Positions 61,735 to 64,000 of a DNA stretch of 64,000 bases are shown here, piece after piece. The first letter of the stretch is position 1. Each line of letters starts with the position of its first letter. The stretch comes from Eledone cirrhosa (lineage: Eukaryota). The stretch covers positions 288,041 through 352,040 of the forward strand of contig CAXHJY010000133.1 of the NCBI GenBank assembly GCA_964016885.1, written 5' to 3'. The notes below the pieces were generated by a model. That model was not told where the DNA came from and searched no databases. It saw only the letters and a program-made list of their open reading frames with translations. Position numbers and translations under genes: made by a program.

Positions 61735-61884
61735 CAGGTACACATACATATATGTACGTATCAGTTTAGCGGACGTTTATTATAACGCCCGCTTTGTCCG
61801 TTTGTAAACAAACTGACACCCTGAATTTATGCCGTACGGTGTTAAGGCAACCACGTCACCTTTTTGTTCAACACTGACACAGGA

Positions 61885-61927
61885 ACGATGTACTAGTTTC
61901 AAGCTTCTTAGCTATCTTCAGCACCGT
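61885..61927 (-). ncRNA. Type I hammerhead ribozyme (family G)
   Basis: ACGGTG-CTGAAGA-T-AGCT(AAGA)AGCT-T-GAAA-CTAG-TA-CATCGT; differs only at the free N7 position and one G-U/G-C pair. Confidence 0.82.
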
Positions 61928-61973
61928 ATACCCTTCTGCCAGATGGTTGAACGTTCGAAAGTATATACTTTCC

Positions 61974-62024
<51 letters not shown>

Positions 62025-62035
62025 GTATATATATG

Positions 62036-62094
<59 letters not shown>

Positions 62095-62542
62095 TGCATG
62101 CTACTGTACGTCTGTATATCATATATGTATGTACGTATACATACATACTTACATTTAAGTAAGTGCCGTACTAAGAGTGAGAAATGAAATTTCGTTTTTA
62201 TTTTATTACAACTTATCGTTTTCGGTGCGCCTGGCCGACTGAACTCACTTGATATGCAAATTAGGCTGCTCAGCCGGTTAATTTTCATAAGGAAAGTAAC
62301 ACCGTACGGCATAAATTCAGGCCTGTCAGTTTGTTTACGAAACGGACAAAGCGGGCCTTATAATAAACGTCCGCTAAACTGATACGTACATATAAGTATG
62401 TGTACCTGTATGTATATATATATATGTATGCTACTGTACGTCTGTATACATATATGTATCTACGTATACATACATACTTACATTTAAGTAAGTGCCGTAC
62501 TAAGAGTGAGAAATGAAATTTCGTTTATATTTTATTACAACC

Positions 62543-62602
62543 TATATGTATATATATATATGTATATAAATATATATATATATGTATATATATATATATG
62601 CG

Positions 62603-62635
<33 letters not shown>

Positions 62636-62736
62636 GTATATATATATGTATATATATATATGTATATATATATATGTATATATATATATTTATATATATA
62701 TATACATATATGATATAGTACATATATATATATATG

Positions 62737-62787
<51 letters not shown>

Positions 62788-62863
62788 ATATATATATATA
62801 TATTATATTATATACATATATATATATAATATATATATATATACATATATATATATTATGTAT

Positions 62864-62900
<37 letters not shown>

Positions 62901-62997
62901 GTATATATATGTATATATAATATATAATATGTATATATATAAATATATATATACATTATATATATATATGTATATATATATATATGTATATATATAG

Positions 62998-63030
<33 letters not shown>

Positions 63031-63036
63031 GTATAT

Positions 63037-63119
<83 letters not shown>

Positions 63120-63309
63120 CATATATATATATACATATATATATATATACATATATATATATAATATATATAAATATGTATATATACATATTATATATAT
63201 ACATATATATATAGTATACATATATATATATATATAAATATATATATATATGTATATATATATATATTATATATATATATATGTATATACATATATATAT
63301 ATACTATAT

Positions 63310-63340
<31 letters not shown>

Positions 63341-63405
63341 ATATGTATATATATATATTATATATATTATATATATATATAGTATATATATACATATATA
63401 TATAC

Positions 63406-63455
<50 letters not shown>

Positions 63456-63725
63456 GTATATATATATATTATATATATAGTATATATATATTATATACTA
63501 TATAATATATATATATATATATATATACATATAATATATATAAATATATCATATTATATATATATATATATATATATATTATCATATATATAGTATATAT
63601 ATACATATATATATATACAAATATATATATATACATAAGTATATACTATATAATATATATATATATGTAATATATATATAGCATATATATATATATATAT
63701 ACAGTAATATATATATATATATCAT

Positions 63726-63757
<32 letters not shown>

Positions 63758-64000
63758 CATATATATATACATATATATATATATACTTATTTATAATAAA
63801 TATATATATATGTATATATATCTATATGTATATATTATATATATAGTATTATATATATATATAGACCAGATAGTATATATATCATAGCATATATATATAC
63901 ATAGTATACTATATATATATACATAGCGATGATTATATTATATATATATGATATATATATATTGTATATATATATAATTCATATATATATATAGTGTATA
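62543..64000. repeat. Increasingly irregular (TA)n tract
   Basis: Direct reading; irregularity may reflect low sequence quality. Confidence 0.9.

Larger units (their letters stand above)
61160..62542 (-). mobile_element. Non-coding HHR-containing repeat G: ~1.7 tandem units (period 482) plus an inverted, internally deleted copy
   Basis: ~61160-61490 repeated at ~61630-61972; 62094-62542 is inverted. Confidence 0.75.

Overview
Gene-free, AT-rich animal repeat DNA; the (TA)n/(TG)n content and SINE type suggest a cephalopod such as Octopus (inference only). No host protein-coding gene is visible, and most ORFs in the track are microsatellite artefacts. Contents: (1) a tandem array of tRNA-Thr(UGU) genes at 1-15.5 kb whose (TA)n spacer has received different Penelope-like elements (PLEs); (2) four protein-coding PLE families (RT + GIY-YIG): A (Neptune-like), B and C (Naiad-like; B has an intact 773-aa ORF) and D (unassigned), with direct and inverted pseudo-LTRs (pLTRs); (3) two divergently oriented APE-RT LINEs with CCCH zinc-finger ORF1s; (4) RTE fragments, SINEs, hAT and piggyBac-type MITEs; (5) about 27 hand-folded type I hammerhead ribozyme (HHR) motifs in about 10 sequence families. 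Three HHR families have a CCGANGA core, two have about 80-90 nt stem II domains, several lie in fold-back palindromes, and one lies in a 482-bp non-coding tandem unit resembling a retrozyme. All RNA structures were paired by eye; none was computed or tested.
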